A stretch of 64,000 nt of DNA from Octopus sinensis (lineage: Eukaryota), in contig NC_043007.1 of the NCBI RefSeq assembly GCF_006345805.1, positions 37,696,001-37,760,000 on the forward strand, given 5' to 3'. Positions 39,823-52,526 of this stretch are shown piece after piece (the first letter of the stretch is position 1; every line of letters begins with the position of its first letter). The translations under genes were made by a program, and so were the position numbers. Under the pieces are notes generated by a model. It had not been told where the DNA came from and ran no database searches. It saw only the letters and a list, made by a program, of their open reading frames with translations.

Positions 39823-41959
39823 CTGCAAGTAATTGATAGTTCTGAGAGGTGTAGAAACTGAGTACTACATGCATGCACATAATAAATAATCTTCCTCACA
39901 CTACTTCAAATACCATTACTACACCAACCATGAGCACAATTACTGTCATCAATCACCCACCATCACCCCAGATATATAGGGACATACACATTCTCTGTAT
40001 TGTGCATGTACTTCTAACTTTCATTGTTGTCTTTCTTTATTTGACTTATATCTCTGCTCTCTGTCCCACTTTTTAACCTTTTCTTATTTCTTTATTGCCC
40101 ACAAGGGGGCTAAACATAGAGGGGACAAACAAAGACAGACAAACAGATTAAGTCGATTATATCGACCCCAGTGCGTAACTGGTACTTAATTTATCGACCC
40201 CGAAAGGATGAAAGGCAAAGTCGACCTTGGCGGAATTTGAACTCACAATGTAATGACAGATGAAATACGGCTACGCATTTCGCCCGGCATGCTAACGTTT
40301 CTGCCAGCTCGCCGCCTTCAACCTTTTCTGATAAGCTATAGTACACCTGAACACTGAATGGAGTAAGCTCATCATCTTTATTATTACAGTTATTATTATT
40401 ATTGTTGTTATTATATATGCTGGGACACACTCACACAGATAGATACAAACTCACAAATTCACACATACACATATATATATACACAGATATATGTATACAG
40501 ATAAACAGACATAATCACAAATATATCCAGACTAAAGGCCATGTAAATTCTATTAGATCCTTAGTTTCTGAGTTCATCACCAGAAGACAGAAAAATTAGA
40601 GGATTCACATGTGTGTGTGTGTATTGTGCGTGTGCACAAACGCTTGTATGCACAAAGGAAATCTTTAAAAATTCCAAGCCCTTCTAAGGGTTGCTAGTTG
40701 CTAATTCACGATGTGAAGCAGAGAAGTGAGAAATCTCACCCTGGATAAGACTTTAGCCTATCAGAGGTTACATTCTTACCAGTTGACTGAATTGAAATAT
40801 ATAGAATGAAATATACTTACTACCTGAATACACATAGAAATGAACTTAAAGCCTAACAGCTGATAAGTTAATGCCCTAAACCACTGTGCCACCATTTCTT
40901 TTCTACTCATGTAAGAAGTAGGGGATAAAAAGAGAAATAATGGCAGGGCATGAAATAATAATTTCTAACATAATTACAAGCTTCTAAGTTGCACGGGGGT
41001 GGTGAATTTTATTCTTTTACTTGTTTCGATCATTACACTATGACCATGCTCGGTCACTACCTTGAAGAATTTTAGCAGAATAAATTGGTCTCAGTACTAT
41101 TTTTTAAATATGGTATTTATTCTGTTATTTTTTTTTTACTGAACTGTTAAGTTACAGTATATGAGAACATACACATTCTCTGTATTGTGCATGTACTTCT
41201 AGCCTTCATTTCTGTCTTTATTTGACATATATCTCTGCTCTCTGTCCCACTTTTTAACCTTTTCTTATTTCTCTATTAACACACCAACACCAACAAGCAG
41301 TGGTGAGGGATAAACACAGATCCAAACACACACACACACATGATGAGCTTCTTTCAGTTTCTGTCTACCAAATCCACTGACATGACTTTGGCCAGCCTGA
41401 GGCTATAGTAGATAACACAAAAACACTTTCCCAAGGTGCCATGCAGTGGGACTGAACCTGGAACCATGTAGTTGGGAAGCAAACTTCTTACCACACAGCC
41501 ACACATGTGTCTACATATTATATTGACCCTAACACATGCCTGGTATTTACTCCCCAATTATGTAACAGACTCCTGGGAAGGACAAAAGAAAACCAAAGTT
41601 GACCCAGGGTGGGATATACTATTTGAACATTATGCAAAGAAGCCCAATTAAATATTGGTGCTCTACCAATTTTTGTAACTCATCATTTACACCAGATCAG
41701 CCCCGATTAAAGCAGTGACCATCCCAAAGCATATTTTTGCAAGTATTATGTATATCTAGAAGACAGCAGACATAACTGTGAGTTAAGAAATTTGCTTTGT
41801 TACCAAATAGTTTCAGGTTCAGTCTCACAGTGCAGCATCTTTAGCAAGTGACTTTTACTATAGCCATGGGCTGACCAAAAACTTAACCATGTACCTTCAC
41901 TGTTGCAAGATACTTGTATTAGTCCCACTATTACATTTTAATACTTGCACAACATCTGA

Positions 41960-42142
41960 GATAAAGTCACCTTTTTTTATGATTTTTTTTACTGCTGTGT
42001 CGCCATTTTTCAGTGTATTTCAACCAGAAAATTGTTCACTTAAAGAGAATAACAAGCTACATAATGCAAAATTTTTACTTTTCAAAAATTCCAATTCTAA
42101 AGGGTCGAAACAAACTCAAGCAATACCGGGCGATACTGCTAG
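41960..42142 (+). mobile_element. 3' fragment of a non-autonomous Helitron-like repeat
   Basis: Ends in a subterminal hairpin plus CTAG|T; homologous to 48937-49333. Confidence 0.65.
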
Positions 42143-42322
42143 TACATGTTATGATGATGATGATGATAGTAGTGTATGATTTAGTGGAGATTTGGCTGCA
42201 GTTTCTAACTGGTCAAGTGACCACAGAGAGGCATGTAGTGTTACTTTGCCTAGTCGCTTTTTGATAATAATGGTAGTGAGCATGAAGGAAGGTGGGATAA
42301 TGAAGTAACAAGAATATCTTAC

Positions 42323-42624
42323 CTTCTCATGCTGCAGTAGCACTTCCTTCTCCTGCAGTCGTCTTTTCTCTTCGGCTTCTTTACGCTGCTGCTGCTCTTG
42401 GAGCCGCTTCTTTTTCTCCTCTTCAATCAGTTGCCGCTCCTGTGCGATCATGCGCTGCTCCTCAAGTGTGCGTTTCTGTGCATCCAATGCAGCTTGCTCA
42501 CGCTCTTCTATCCTCTCCTGCTCCTTTGCTGCTTCATCCTCTTCATCTTCGTCCTCTTCTCCATCTCTGGAAGGGGAAGTCAGAAGCTGGCTGCTGTTGT
42601 TCATCAAACTCCTGTAGATTTTAC
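42323..42624 (-). CDS. LMO7: LMO7-like exon (acidic stretch and coiled coil)
   Basis: ttgtcag acceptor, AAG|gtaaga donor, phase 1-0; GKIYRSLMNN...EEQRMIAQERQLIEEEKKKR...HEK. Confidence 0.9.
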
Positions 42625-43843
42625 CTGACAAATGATATCAGAGAGAAAACATTAATATGCTTGTCAAAAACAGGACAGTGGAGACATATAAGGAAACTAA
42701 ACGAAAACAAACATGGAGGGTCATTAGACCAGATGAAGGTAAAATAGGGAACGCTGGAGAAATATTCTTTTTGACAAGAGGAAAGATAGAAGAGAGAGAC
42801 AGATGGGATACATGCAGACTCTATGACAGCCATGAAGGAAAAAAAAGATCATTACATAAGAAAAAGAAAGATGGATGATGGTCACATGTGAGCGACGAGA
42901 GAGAGTGTAAAGGAGAAAAAGAGAGAGACAGACAGATAGAAAGAAAATGGTGAAAGGGAGAGTAGTATTTCCAAAGATTCAGAAGATGAAACTAAAAACT
43001 GTGGTAAATAGTATTCTTGAATTTATTTAGCATTACTCTTTATTTGCTTATACGTACATGCAAACAGACAGATGCAGGTATGTCTATATAGATATGAAGC
43101 TTTCCTTATAACCATATGATTTCAGGTTCTATTTCACTGCATGGCACTGTGCATCTACTATAGCCTCAGACTGACCAATTCCTTGCAAATGAAATTAGCA
43201 ACTGAAACTATTGAAGAGAGACAGCTACAGAATAATGCAGGCAAAAGCTGAAGTTGAACAAGAAGTAGTTCAATTCTCTATCTCAGTCTGTGCAATCACA
43301 GAGGCTTTGCTTCTGGAGTGACATGGGCATTGAGCTAAGAGTAGACAACTCTGTCTCGCTTCTGTTACTCTTTTATACTTATAAAAACATTTCATACCCA
43401 CTAAATTGACATCAAAAGCAAATTTTATGCATAAAATGGCTACAAATTAAATCAGTCAAAGCTTGTGTTGACCAGGGTTGACCATGTATATCCACCTATA
43501 TTCACAAGCTTGGGCAACGTTTCCTTTTATATTTTTGTGTGTGGGACTGGTAGTTGCCCATGCATATGCAAGTCTCCTCTCTTCAAGCCACCAATGTTGT
43601 CCAAGGGAAAGGTCCTTACCATAAAGATGAGAGAACTCGAAACTAGTATTGCTGTCTGAACACAAAGAATCAAATATATACTACAAGGCATCTTGTGGTA
43701 ACTGATTTGATTTCTCTAACAATTCTGCAATCCACATTTGGATTGCTACACTTTTTATCACTCCCGAAAGGATGAAAGATAAAGTTGACATCACTGAGAC
43801 TTGAGCTCCCATCATACAAAGTTAGAAGAAATACCATAAGGTA

Positions 43844-44355
43844 CTGTAAATCCTTGAGTATAATCCGCATTTTTTCCCCAAAATTTAAAGGTCAAAATCC
43901 TTAGTGCATACTATATACGAGGTTAAAAATGAAAATTATTTTCTAAGCAATGTCCGAGTCTCTATTTGCTGTCTGGCAATGTTTATTCAGACGCATTTTG
44001 TAATGTCGGGCGCGAAAATACCTTAAGCTGAGCCTGAAAGCAATGAAGTCATAAAAGAATCATCCATAACTTGCAATAAGCAACATTTATTAAACGTTAT
44101 TACTGTTATTTCTTTATTTTCTGCAAACAAAATGCACAAAAAAGCTACATGTTTGCATTATGTTATATATACAATAATAATAAAGGACGTTACCGTATAC
44201 ATTTTTACAAACCAAGGACATTATATAGACCTCCTTGATTCAAGTCAGAGAAGGGGTGCGTATTATACACAAAGTTTAGGTTTTTCAGAGATACAGCCCC
44301 CTAAAAATCCCCTGCGTATTATACTCAAGGGTGGACTATACTCGAGGATTTACAG
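43844..44355. mobile_element. pogo/Tc2-type MITE, copy 1
   Basis: TA|CTGTAAATCCTTGAGTATA ... TATACTCGAGGATTTACAG|TA; very similar copy at 55485-55996. Confidence 0.85.
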
Positions 44356-44695
44356 TAATCTATCTGACATGCTAATGTTAGACTGCTGGGTTTGTTTTAT
44401 CCACCATGAACAAAACTTTTGAAAGCCCAAACCTTCAGTAGGATTTGGATTCATATTGCAGAAAGTCAGAACAAATGCCATGAGGTTTTTTTTGTCCACG
44501 ACTCTAATGACGCTTCCACTTATCTGCTACATAGAAACATTTTAAATACTCATAAATAATGTTTAAAAAAAGAACTTGGAAGCCTTATACCCTTGCAAGA
44601 AATTAATAATTAAAAACAAGAATAATATATCATAAATTTTCTCCTAAAATTTTCAGTATTACATATAACAAGAAAGAATGAGAAACAGTTCTCAC

Positions 44696-44775
44696 CTTCG
44701 TCATCTGAACTTCTGTCAGCCACTTTCTCTCCATATGTTAGTTCCACATTGAAATTATATTCCGGGAGATTGCTT
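44696..44775 (-). CDS. LMO7: LMO7-like small exon (SNLPEYNFNVELTYGEKVADRSSDDE)
   Basis: catag acceptor, G|gtgag donor; phase 2-1 exactly bridges the neighbouring exons. Confidence 0.85.
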
Positions 44776-45585
44776 CTATGATAGTAAGAAAATGAGTGAT
44801 TGAGTAAGGGTTATTAAAAGGATAAATTAGGAATTTGGTGGTTCATGTTTTTTACTAGCATTATCTGTGGTCAAGACACGATTTTCTTAACTTTTTGAAC
44901 CTATAAGTACACTTAATGAGCACAGTTTCATTTGACTAATAACCATAGAAAAAAACAAAAGTGGGCAGCTGCATATTTTTTTTTTTTGTGTTAATGATTG
45001 AAAATAGCAATGTTTCTGTCAATTCTACAAGCCATCAACACAAAACAATGTAGCCACCTGTTTTTGTGTCTTCCAGGAATGTAGTCAAATAAAACTGTGC
45101 CCACCAAAGCTTCTTTGCAGGCTCAAAGGATTTAAGAGATGGACACACAAACAACTACATAAATTAAAACAAAATGATAAGGTTAGTGCACTTCATGCAT
45201 TCATTTTTACAACCGTTTTTCATTGATTACATGGGTTTGGGACAGGGGACACTTTTGAAGTAGCATTTTATGGTCGGATACTTTCCCTGTCACCAATCTG
45301 TACCTTTTTTTCAAAAAAGGGATTTTTATACCACTAGTCTTCAAAGCACCAGAGTAATCAGTCATGATAACAACAGTCATGCACATATGTATACAAACAC
45401 ATACATACACAGACATATACACCATATATTACACACAAACACACATACATATATACATTCACATGGCAGGCTACATGGTCTGCCTTCCAGTTCTACCACT
45501 CACAAACCACTGGTTGGTATCAAAGTATCCATTGTGATGCGCAGTGAAATAGAACACAAAAACATGTAGTTACCAAGTGAATATA

Positions 45586-46139
45586 CAGGGTGGACCAAAA
45601 TGATCTGACACATTTGGAGGCTTAATAAAAGCACAAAATAAGAAATAATGAAAAGAAAAATTTTATTTTCTGAATGTATATATAATGCCATTTTATTTTA
45701 TTAAGTTTAAAAATTAAATCAGCTAAATGCTTCCCATCATTGTCAACACAGTGTTGGAGACGTTCATGAAAGTTATCGATAACTCTATGGATCATTTCTT
45801 CTGGAATGGTTGCTATTTCTACACAAATTGCATGTTTTAATTCATCAATAGATCGAGGGCGATGACTGAATACTTTTGATTTTAAATATCCCCACAGGAA
45901 GAAATCACATTTCACCATTCCAGAAGAAATTATCCATAGAGTTATCGATAACTTTCATGAACGTCTCCAACAGTGTGTTGACAATGATGGGAAGCATTTA
46001 GCTGATTTAATTTTTTAAACTTAATGAAATAAAATGGCATTATATGTACATTCAGAAAATAAAAATTTTCTTTTCATTATTTCTTATTTTGTGCTTTTAT
46101 TAAGCCTCCAAATGTGTCAGATCATTTTGGTCCACCCTG
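45586..46139. mobile_element. Fold-back Tc1/mariner derivative made of two copies of the transposase 3' end
   Basis: TA|CAGGGTGG ... CCACCCTG|TA; arms of about 225 bp; spacer encodes CDFFLWGYLKSKVF (transposase C-terminal motif). Confidence 0.85.
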
Positions 46140-46629
46140 TATTTACATAGGCATACCATTATAAAATTAAAAAAGAGGGAAAAAAAGGGAGCTTTCTGAG
46201 TAAAGATTTTCATTCTCTTCTCTTCACAACACATCAGCAGAACATTACTGATTAATGATGGGGGAGGATGATGAAATATGTACTAAAACAAACCAAAATG
46301 AAAATCAACAACAAAAAAGATAACAGTGAAGTGCAGGCATGGGTGTAATTAAGCAGTTTGCTTCCCAACCACATGATTTCAGGTTCAGTTCCCCTGCGTA
46401 GCACCTTGAGCAAGTGTTTTCCACTAAAGCTCTGGGCCGAACAAAATCTTGTGAGTGGATCTGGTAGACAAAAACTGAAACAAGTCCAGAGCATGTGTGT
46501 GTGTGTGTGCATGCATGTGGATATTAAAATGATAATAATGATGATGATGATAAATCACAAGAGATCAGAAAAGAAGAAAGGATTGGAGTATGCAGCAGAA
46601 TTGGAGATGTAGTCAAATTTAAGTCTTAC

Positions 46630-46820
46630 CCTTTGTTATTCATTGTTGCTTGTGGCATTTGGTTTTTAGGGTCAATCTGCAAATGTGAAGTCGAAACTGG
46701 TATCTGTGGGGGAATCTGGATCTTTAATGGTGCCGAAAAATTATCAGAGTTCTTCTCAACTTTCTCTATGAGGTTCTCTGTGGCTGGTTGGTCTTTGGCA
46801 GTAGTTGTTTGCAATCGAAC
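46630..46820 (-). CDS. LMO7: LMO7-like exon (VRLQTTTAKDQ...MNNK)
   Basis: ctctctag acceptor, GG|gtaaga donor, phase 0-2. Confidence 0.85.
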
Positions 46821-47191
46821 CTAGAGAGATTGTTTGTGTAAATGAGAAAGTTTACCTTGTTATAAACTAAACTTCCCACGAGATACTAACAACATTAGTA
46901 TCTCATAAAGAATACTTTTAGATGCTAGATTTAATGCTTTCAACTATTTGTTTTACTCCACCACCCGACCTAGTCTGGAGAAAACTTCTTCCCTTTATCC
47001 ACTAATCTTAAACACTCTTAAAAAGGCCACAAGTACCTGGCAAGTGAGCAGAGATGTGAGGTCATGAGCACCCTTTAATTTTGTCAAGGGCATGACAACC
47101 TCTCTGGAGTTGGTGCCACAATAAAATGTAACCAGTACATAATATAAGATATTCTCATTTAAAAATCATCTCTGGCTAATCGTTGAAAGAA

Positions 47192-47560
47192 GCTTGAGAG
47201 GCGGTTGGATGGAACCTACACTCGCCTCCTTATGAGAGCTCAAAATCTCTCGTGGAAGCGTCATCCAACCAAAATGCAATTATATGGGAAACTACCACCT
47301 GTGTCATCTCTTGTGAAAGGTAAGAGAGTCCAGTTTGCTGGACATTGTTGTAGAGCTGAAAACGAGGCAATTTCTACTCTTCTCCTCTGGAAGCCATCTA
47401 CTCGCAATACCAGAGGGCACACACTCTCCTCACCTGATGTAATCTCCAGGGATACAGGCATCCAGCAACAGGACCTCCGTAATGCTATGATGGACCGTGA
47501 AGTCTGGCGTAGCATGGTAAATTCCATTGTCTCAACCACAGTTGAACAATGATGATGATG
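47192..47560 (+). mobile_element. 5'-truncated non-LTR retrotransposon (RTE-like) 3' end
   Basis: Open frame LDGTYTRLLMRAQNLSWK...QFAGHC...MMDREVWR, (GAT)n tail, 14-bp TSD aatcgttga(a/g)agaa at 47178-47191 and 47561-47574. Confidence 0.85.
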
Positions 47561-47788
47561 AATCGTTGAGAGAATGTTGGTGTTGCTTTGACGGAGGCTT
47601 GTGCTCCCTGAGTGCTCTTGTTTAAGTTGTTTTTACTTTAAATTTTAAATTTTCTTGTATGAACAAGTTTTCTCCAGTCCACTGTATCACTATTTTGAAG
47701 TTTTGTGCCCCTATTTTGAGGCAATGAACCTAGTTGTAACTAACAACAATGGACAATAACATTAACAGCAACAACAAAAATTTCGTAC

Positions 47789-48318
47789 CTGGTTATCTAA
47801 TTTTGGCAAAAAAGTTGCAGTTCTGCTGGTATTTTCCTTTTCTCTTGCATAGCTACGGATATCTCTCACCTGGAATAACAACTGGTCACAACTATCTGAT
47901 CTTTTCCTTGTTTGTATCAAGGGTGGTGTCTCCAAATTGACAGAATGTCGAGGAGGAAATGTGGAATTCAGAGGTGCTTCCGTCTTTGGCTCAGTCTCAA
48001 AATTGGTGTCATCACTCTTAGGAGAGATGGACAAGTCTGAACTTGATGGCCGTTGGTTTTTCGTTTTCGAATTCTGCCAGCGTCTTAGGAGAGCAGGAGG
48101 CTGGATCGATGTTGATGACGATGATGACACTGGTGATGAAGATAACGAAGAAGCTGCCAGACCAGAATCTGAACTGGCACTTCTTTGATGGGGTTGGTGG
48201 GTTGCCTTTGGAAAGTTTGATGTTTCTGCCTCGGAGATTTCGAGATTAATCAATGGCGCGGACTGAGTGACTGTCGTTTTCATTACACTGATCGACTCAT
48301 TATTATTGTTGTCTAAAT
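47789..48318 (-). CDS. LMO7: LMO7-like Ser-rich exon
   Basis: ttctcag acceptor, CAG|gtacga donor, 530 nt, phase 1-0, open. Confidence 0.88.
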
Positions 48319-48451
48319 CTGAGAACAAAAAGAAACAAAGAACTTTATTATAAGAGATATAGTGTATGTCTTGTTAAATAGGCTTCCTATAAGTGATAGT
48401 ATTCTTCACACAAACAACCTTACCATAACAGAGATAGTATATTGTCTAGAT

Positions 48452-48755
48452 TAGTGGTCTTGAAACTTTTTTTGGACTGCCACCCACTTGATACCCAGGA
48501 TACATTCCTAGTGTCCTCTCCCACTCACCGCCACAAAAATAGACTATTTTCTGCAGTACATTCAAAACAACTATATTTCACAAATAAAACTTAATCTAAT
48601 TATCCCATTATTTTGTTGTTTTTACATCCATCACCCCACTACCTGGCCACCCCATTATTGTTCCACTTTTCTTCAACACTTCCTGGATCTTTCCACTGCT
48701 GTCTCACTCCCCAGTGGGAAAGTGGGGGCAGCATCACCCACTTTGGGAACCACTG
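48452..48755. mobile_element. hAT-type MITE
   Basis: TAGTGGTCTTGAAA ... TTTGGGAACCACTG; perfect 8-bp TSD GTCTAGAT. Confidence 0.8.
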
Positions 48756-48936
48756 GTCTAGATAAATAACCTTACTCTAAGTGATAGTGTAGTGCACACA
48801 AATAACCTCACTATAACAGAGATAATATATGTCAAGAAAACCATTGCTGCTGCTGTAACTATTACTACTACATGGTCACTCAACGTTCTAGACATAGCAG
48901 TCAACTCTTCCTTGGCTCCAAACCAACGGTTTTAAA

Positions 48937-49333
48937 TCTATATATATAAAGCTGAAGTCGTCTGTGTGTGGCAGGTTTGGTAGGCTTCAACCAACACTAT
49001 CTCCTCCGAGACCCTGTGGCACAAGTTGACCAAAATTGAGAGTATGATAGAAGAAGGTTTGCTCTTCATTCCGTACAAGAAAAAATTCAAATCGGACCAT
49101 GTTAAAATCAAAAATTATTTACATCAAAAAGGTGCTTTTTTCCTATGAAAATCCCTATTTTTTACAATTTTTTGACTGCTGCATTGCCATTTTTTCGGTG
49201 TATTTTAACCAGAAAAATGTTCACTCAAAGAGAATAACAAGCTACATAATGCAAAATGTTTACTTTTCAAAAATTCCAATTCTAAAGGGTCGAAAAGAAA
49301 ACAAACCCGAGCAACACCGGGCTATACTGCTAA
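48937..49333 (+). mobile_element. Non-autonomous Helitron-like repeat
   Basis: A|TC start, 3' hairpin cccgagcaacaccggg followed by CTAA|T, no TSD; copy at 57716-58108 ends CTAG|T. Confidence 0.7.
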
Positions 49334-49987
49334 TAAGGAAAAAATTAGATAATGTAGTCCTTAAGAGATGGGATGGATATTACTGGAATACATTTGATCA
49401 AAGGTCAGCTTGATCAAGATTGACCATATATCTACACTTATAAGCCAGGCCTGGGCAAGGTTCTTTTAGAGACGACCTGCAGTTTACACATGTTTATAAG
49501 TCTTTCTTCTCTCTGCACCACCAGCTTTGTCCAAGGAAAGGCTTGAAGACCAATACAGCTTGGCACCAGCCTTTTTCATAAATTGCAGTTAGAACATAAG
49601 AGAGCCACTACTGATACTACATTGAAACAGTTGTCTGACATTCAAACAGTTTCCCCGATCCACCACCAGGGAAGCTAAGTAACAACAGTATATATTTGTA
49701 AAAGTAAAAAGTGATACATGTCTACCACTGTTACTTTTGCTCCTCCTCCTACAACTTCCGTTGCTAACTCAAATATATCAAGCCTGCACAAGCATGATGA
49801 ATTGGCACAAAAGTGACCTGATCACTGATACAGCTCCACTATAGTTGCAGTACAACTTTGCCAGTTCTATATATGTCAGGCTGTGTGTGTGTGTATATGC
49901 TAATGTTTGTTTTTATGTTAGTTATAATAAAAACAACTTTACATTAATCTGATAGGTTATTTTATACATTTGTAGAGTAAAAATTTA

Positions 49988-50112
49988 TTATTCTTATGCA
50001 AGAATGTTGTAGACCGTGACTTCAGAGTTTCGGCTAGCTAAGCCATTGTCCAACAATGGCTTATCTGGCCAAAACTTCAAAGTCACTGTCAACAACATTC
50101 TTGTATAAGAAT

Positions 50113-50113
<1 letters not shown>
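49988..50113. repeat. Fold-back element (about 60-bp arms) with hammerhead 3'-half motif
   Basis: Arms meet at ccattgt-cca-acaatgg; minus strand reads tggcttagctagcc-GAAAC-tctgaa-GTC; abuts (TA)n. Confidence 0.7.
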
Positions 50114-50148
<35 letters not shown>

Positions 50149-50266
50149 AGTTTGGAGGGATATATTATCTGGGCGGATACTGTGCTGGCTCTCAGTTATG
50201 TTCCAGAGTTTGGCTAACTGCATCGATCAGTATTTAACATATATGGCAATTATTAGTTGTCAGTTA

Positions 50267-50660
50267 TAGGCATAGGAGTGGCTGTGTGGTAAGTAGCTTG
50301 CTTATGAACCACATGATTCCGGGTTCAGTCCCACTGTGTGGCACCTTGGGCAAGTTTCTTCTACTATAGCTTCAGGCTGACCAAAGCCTTGTGAGTGGAT
50401 TTGGTAGACAGAAACTGAAAGAAGCCCGTATATATATATGTATGTGTGTGTATATGTTTGTGTTTCTGTGTTTGTTCCCCCAGCATCGCTTGACAACTGA
50501 TACTGGTGTGTTTATGTCCCTGTATCTTAGCGGTTCAGCAAAAAGAGACTGATAGAATAAGTACTAGGCTTACAAAGAATAAGCCCTGGGGTCGATTTGC
50601 TCGACTAAAGACAGTGCTCCAGCATGGCCACAGTTACATGACTGAAACAAGTAAAAGAGT
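50267..50660 (+). mobile_element. Full-length SINE family B
   Basis: Homologous to 38511-39404. Confidence 0.85.
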
Positions 50661-50994
50661 AGTTGCAGATGCAACCTGGCACAATTTTTGGTGCAGTGTT
50701 TTGAGTTCATGATCTATCCATTTGGCTAGTTTCTATATCATTATAATTGTTTCTATTGTGTATACACACACACACACACACACACAGTAGAGGTGCATGG
50801 TTTAGTGGTTAAGGTATTGGACTGATGATCATAAGATTGTGGATTCGGTATCTTGACTGAGCAACATGTTATGCTCTTGAGCAAAACATTTCATCTCACA
50901 TTCCTTCAATTCACTCAGCTGATAGAAGTAATCCTGTAATGGACTGGCATCCCATCCAGTGGGCAAATTATAAAGGAGCTTTATCCTTTTTATG

Positions 50995-51026
<32 letters not shown>

Positions 51027-51412
51027 TCATTTGTGAGCATGTGCATGCACACACATAAATGAGGAATAGAGAAGTAAATTGTTGTTTTTTTTAATAGTGA
51101 AACTCAAAACTATATATAATAGCATGTAGAGTAATAGGTTAAAAAAAACCCTTGGATTGCCATGCAGGTTCACATCCCATGGACAGCTTCTGAATATTTT
51201 TCTATCCATAAGGTCATTTAACACAACTTTTTTTACATGCTATTATTTATAGCTTTGTGTACCTTGAGTGTCACTGTTAAAAAAATAATTTACTCCACAT
51301 CTCTTGAAGTTTTTAAATTCTTATAATGTAAATAAAGAGAGAGAGAGAGGAACAGGAAGACATAACAAATAACCAATGAAATCTGAATATTATGACTGAT
51401 ATATTTACAAAC

Positions 51413-51518
51413 CTGCTTTTATTTGCATGTTTGGAGTTGGACTTGACACTGATGATGAACTTTTCTCTGGTGAAAGCTCAGTTTTTGTCAATCTTGTTGT
51501 AGGTGCTGCATAGTTAGC
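51413..51518 (-). CDS. LMO7: LMO7-like exon (ANYAAPTTRL...MQIKA)
   Basis: tttgcag acceptor, G|gtttgt donor, phase 0-1. Confidence 0.82.
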
Positions 51519-51639
51519 CTGCAAATAAGAACATATTATGCATTTCTTCCGAATGAAGTTTGCTTCCCAAATAACATGGTTTCAGTTTCAATTCAACAAT
51601 GTGGCATTTTAGAGATATGTGTATATATATGTGCATATT

Positions 51640-52050
51640 TGTAAGGGCGGAGGAACTCTTGAGAGTCAACGGCCATCCAATAAATGTCTTAAGGCTGCAT
51701 CATGCGCGGAGACATAGAAATAATAGGACTGAACACCCGATCGCGCGGTTAAGCCATTGGGAGTGAAGGACTCCTAGCCTTTGTTAGGGCATCCTTCTAG
51801 GAAAAGGTAACTCAGGTAACTGGTATAACACCGACATAAAACCTGTGGCTCAGTGGTTACCGATGATGTTGATTTGTTCTTCTTTTTGGATTATGGCTGC
51901 TGTTGCTTAGTGAGTGGGATTGACTCAGTGCACAGCCTTCCCTCACTTTAAAACAAAATATTCTTGCACAGGCATTGCACGATAACAACATTGATTAAGC
52001 TTCGTGCAATGGCCATACTCAATAATGAGGGGGCAGCCACCCACCACCAT
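51640..52050 (+). mobile_element. Interspersed repeat resembling an RTE 5'UTR-derived element
   Basis: ttagggcatccttctaggaaaaggtaactc resembles the RTE 5' motif (recalled); GC-richer than flanks. Confidence 0.35.
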
Positions 52051-52136
52051 TTGTATTTATACACATTTATGAGAATGTAAATGAAATTTTAAGAGAAAAT
52101 GGAAGTAAAACACAAAACCATCAAAACAGTACATAC

Positions 52137-52270
52137 ACGTTTTTTTGTTTCTTTTGTTACCTCTTCTTCAAGAACAGGAACTGACTGGGAACTGTTTACA
52201 GTAAGAACGGGCTTTGCTACTACCACATCTTTATCACTGATGTTACTTTGGTCCTCTTCGTTGTATGTTG
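52137..52270 (-). CDS. LMO7: LMO7-like exon (ATYNEEDQS...EEEVTKETKKR)
   Basis: ccaatag acceptor, CGT|gtatgt donor (alternative in-frame donor at 52161), phase 1-0. Confidence 0.82.
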
Positions 52271-52526
52271 CTATTGGAAGAACAAAAGTAAAATATAAAA
52301 TTGGAATAGTATTTGTTTAACAAAGTTTTGATAGAAGAAAACTGAAATAGTAGATTTCAAAGAAACAAGTGATGTTCTGTGTTGGCAAATAAATAAAGAA
52401 GTCTGTGCAGTGGAGGAAATTACTTTGGATAAAAGTTATAAGATTTTGTTATGCTTGGGGATTGTTATATTTTGCCCATTAAATACACATACTATATATT
52501 TGGTCTTCACTTTAGCTTTATTATGA

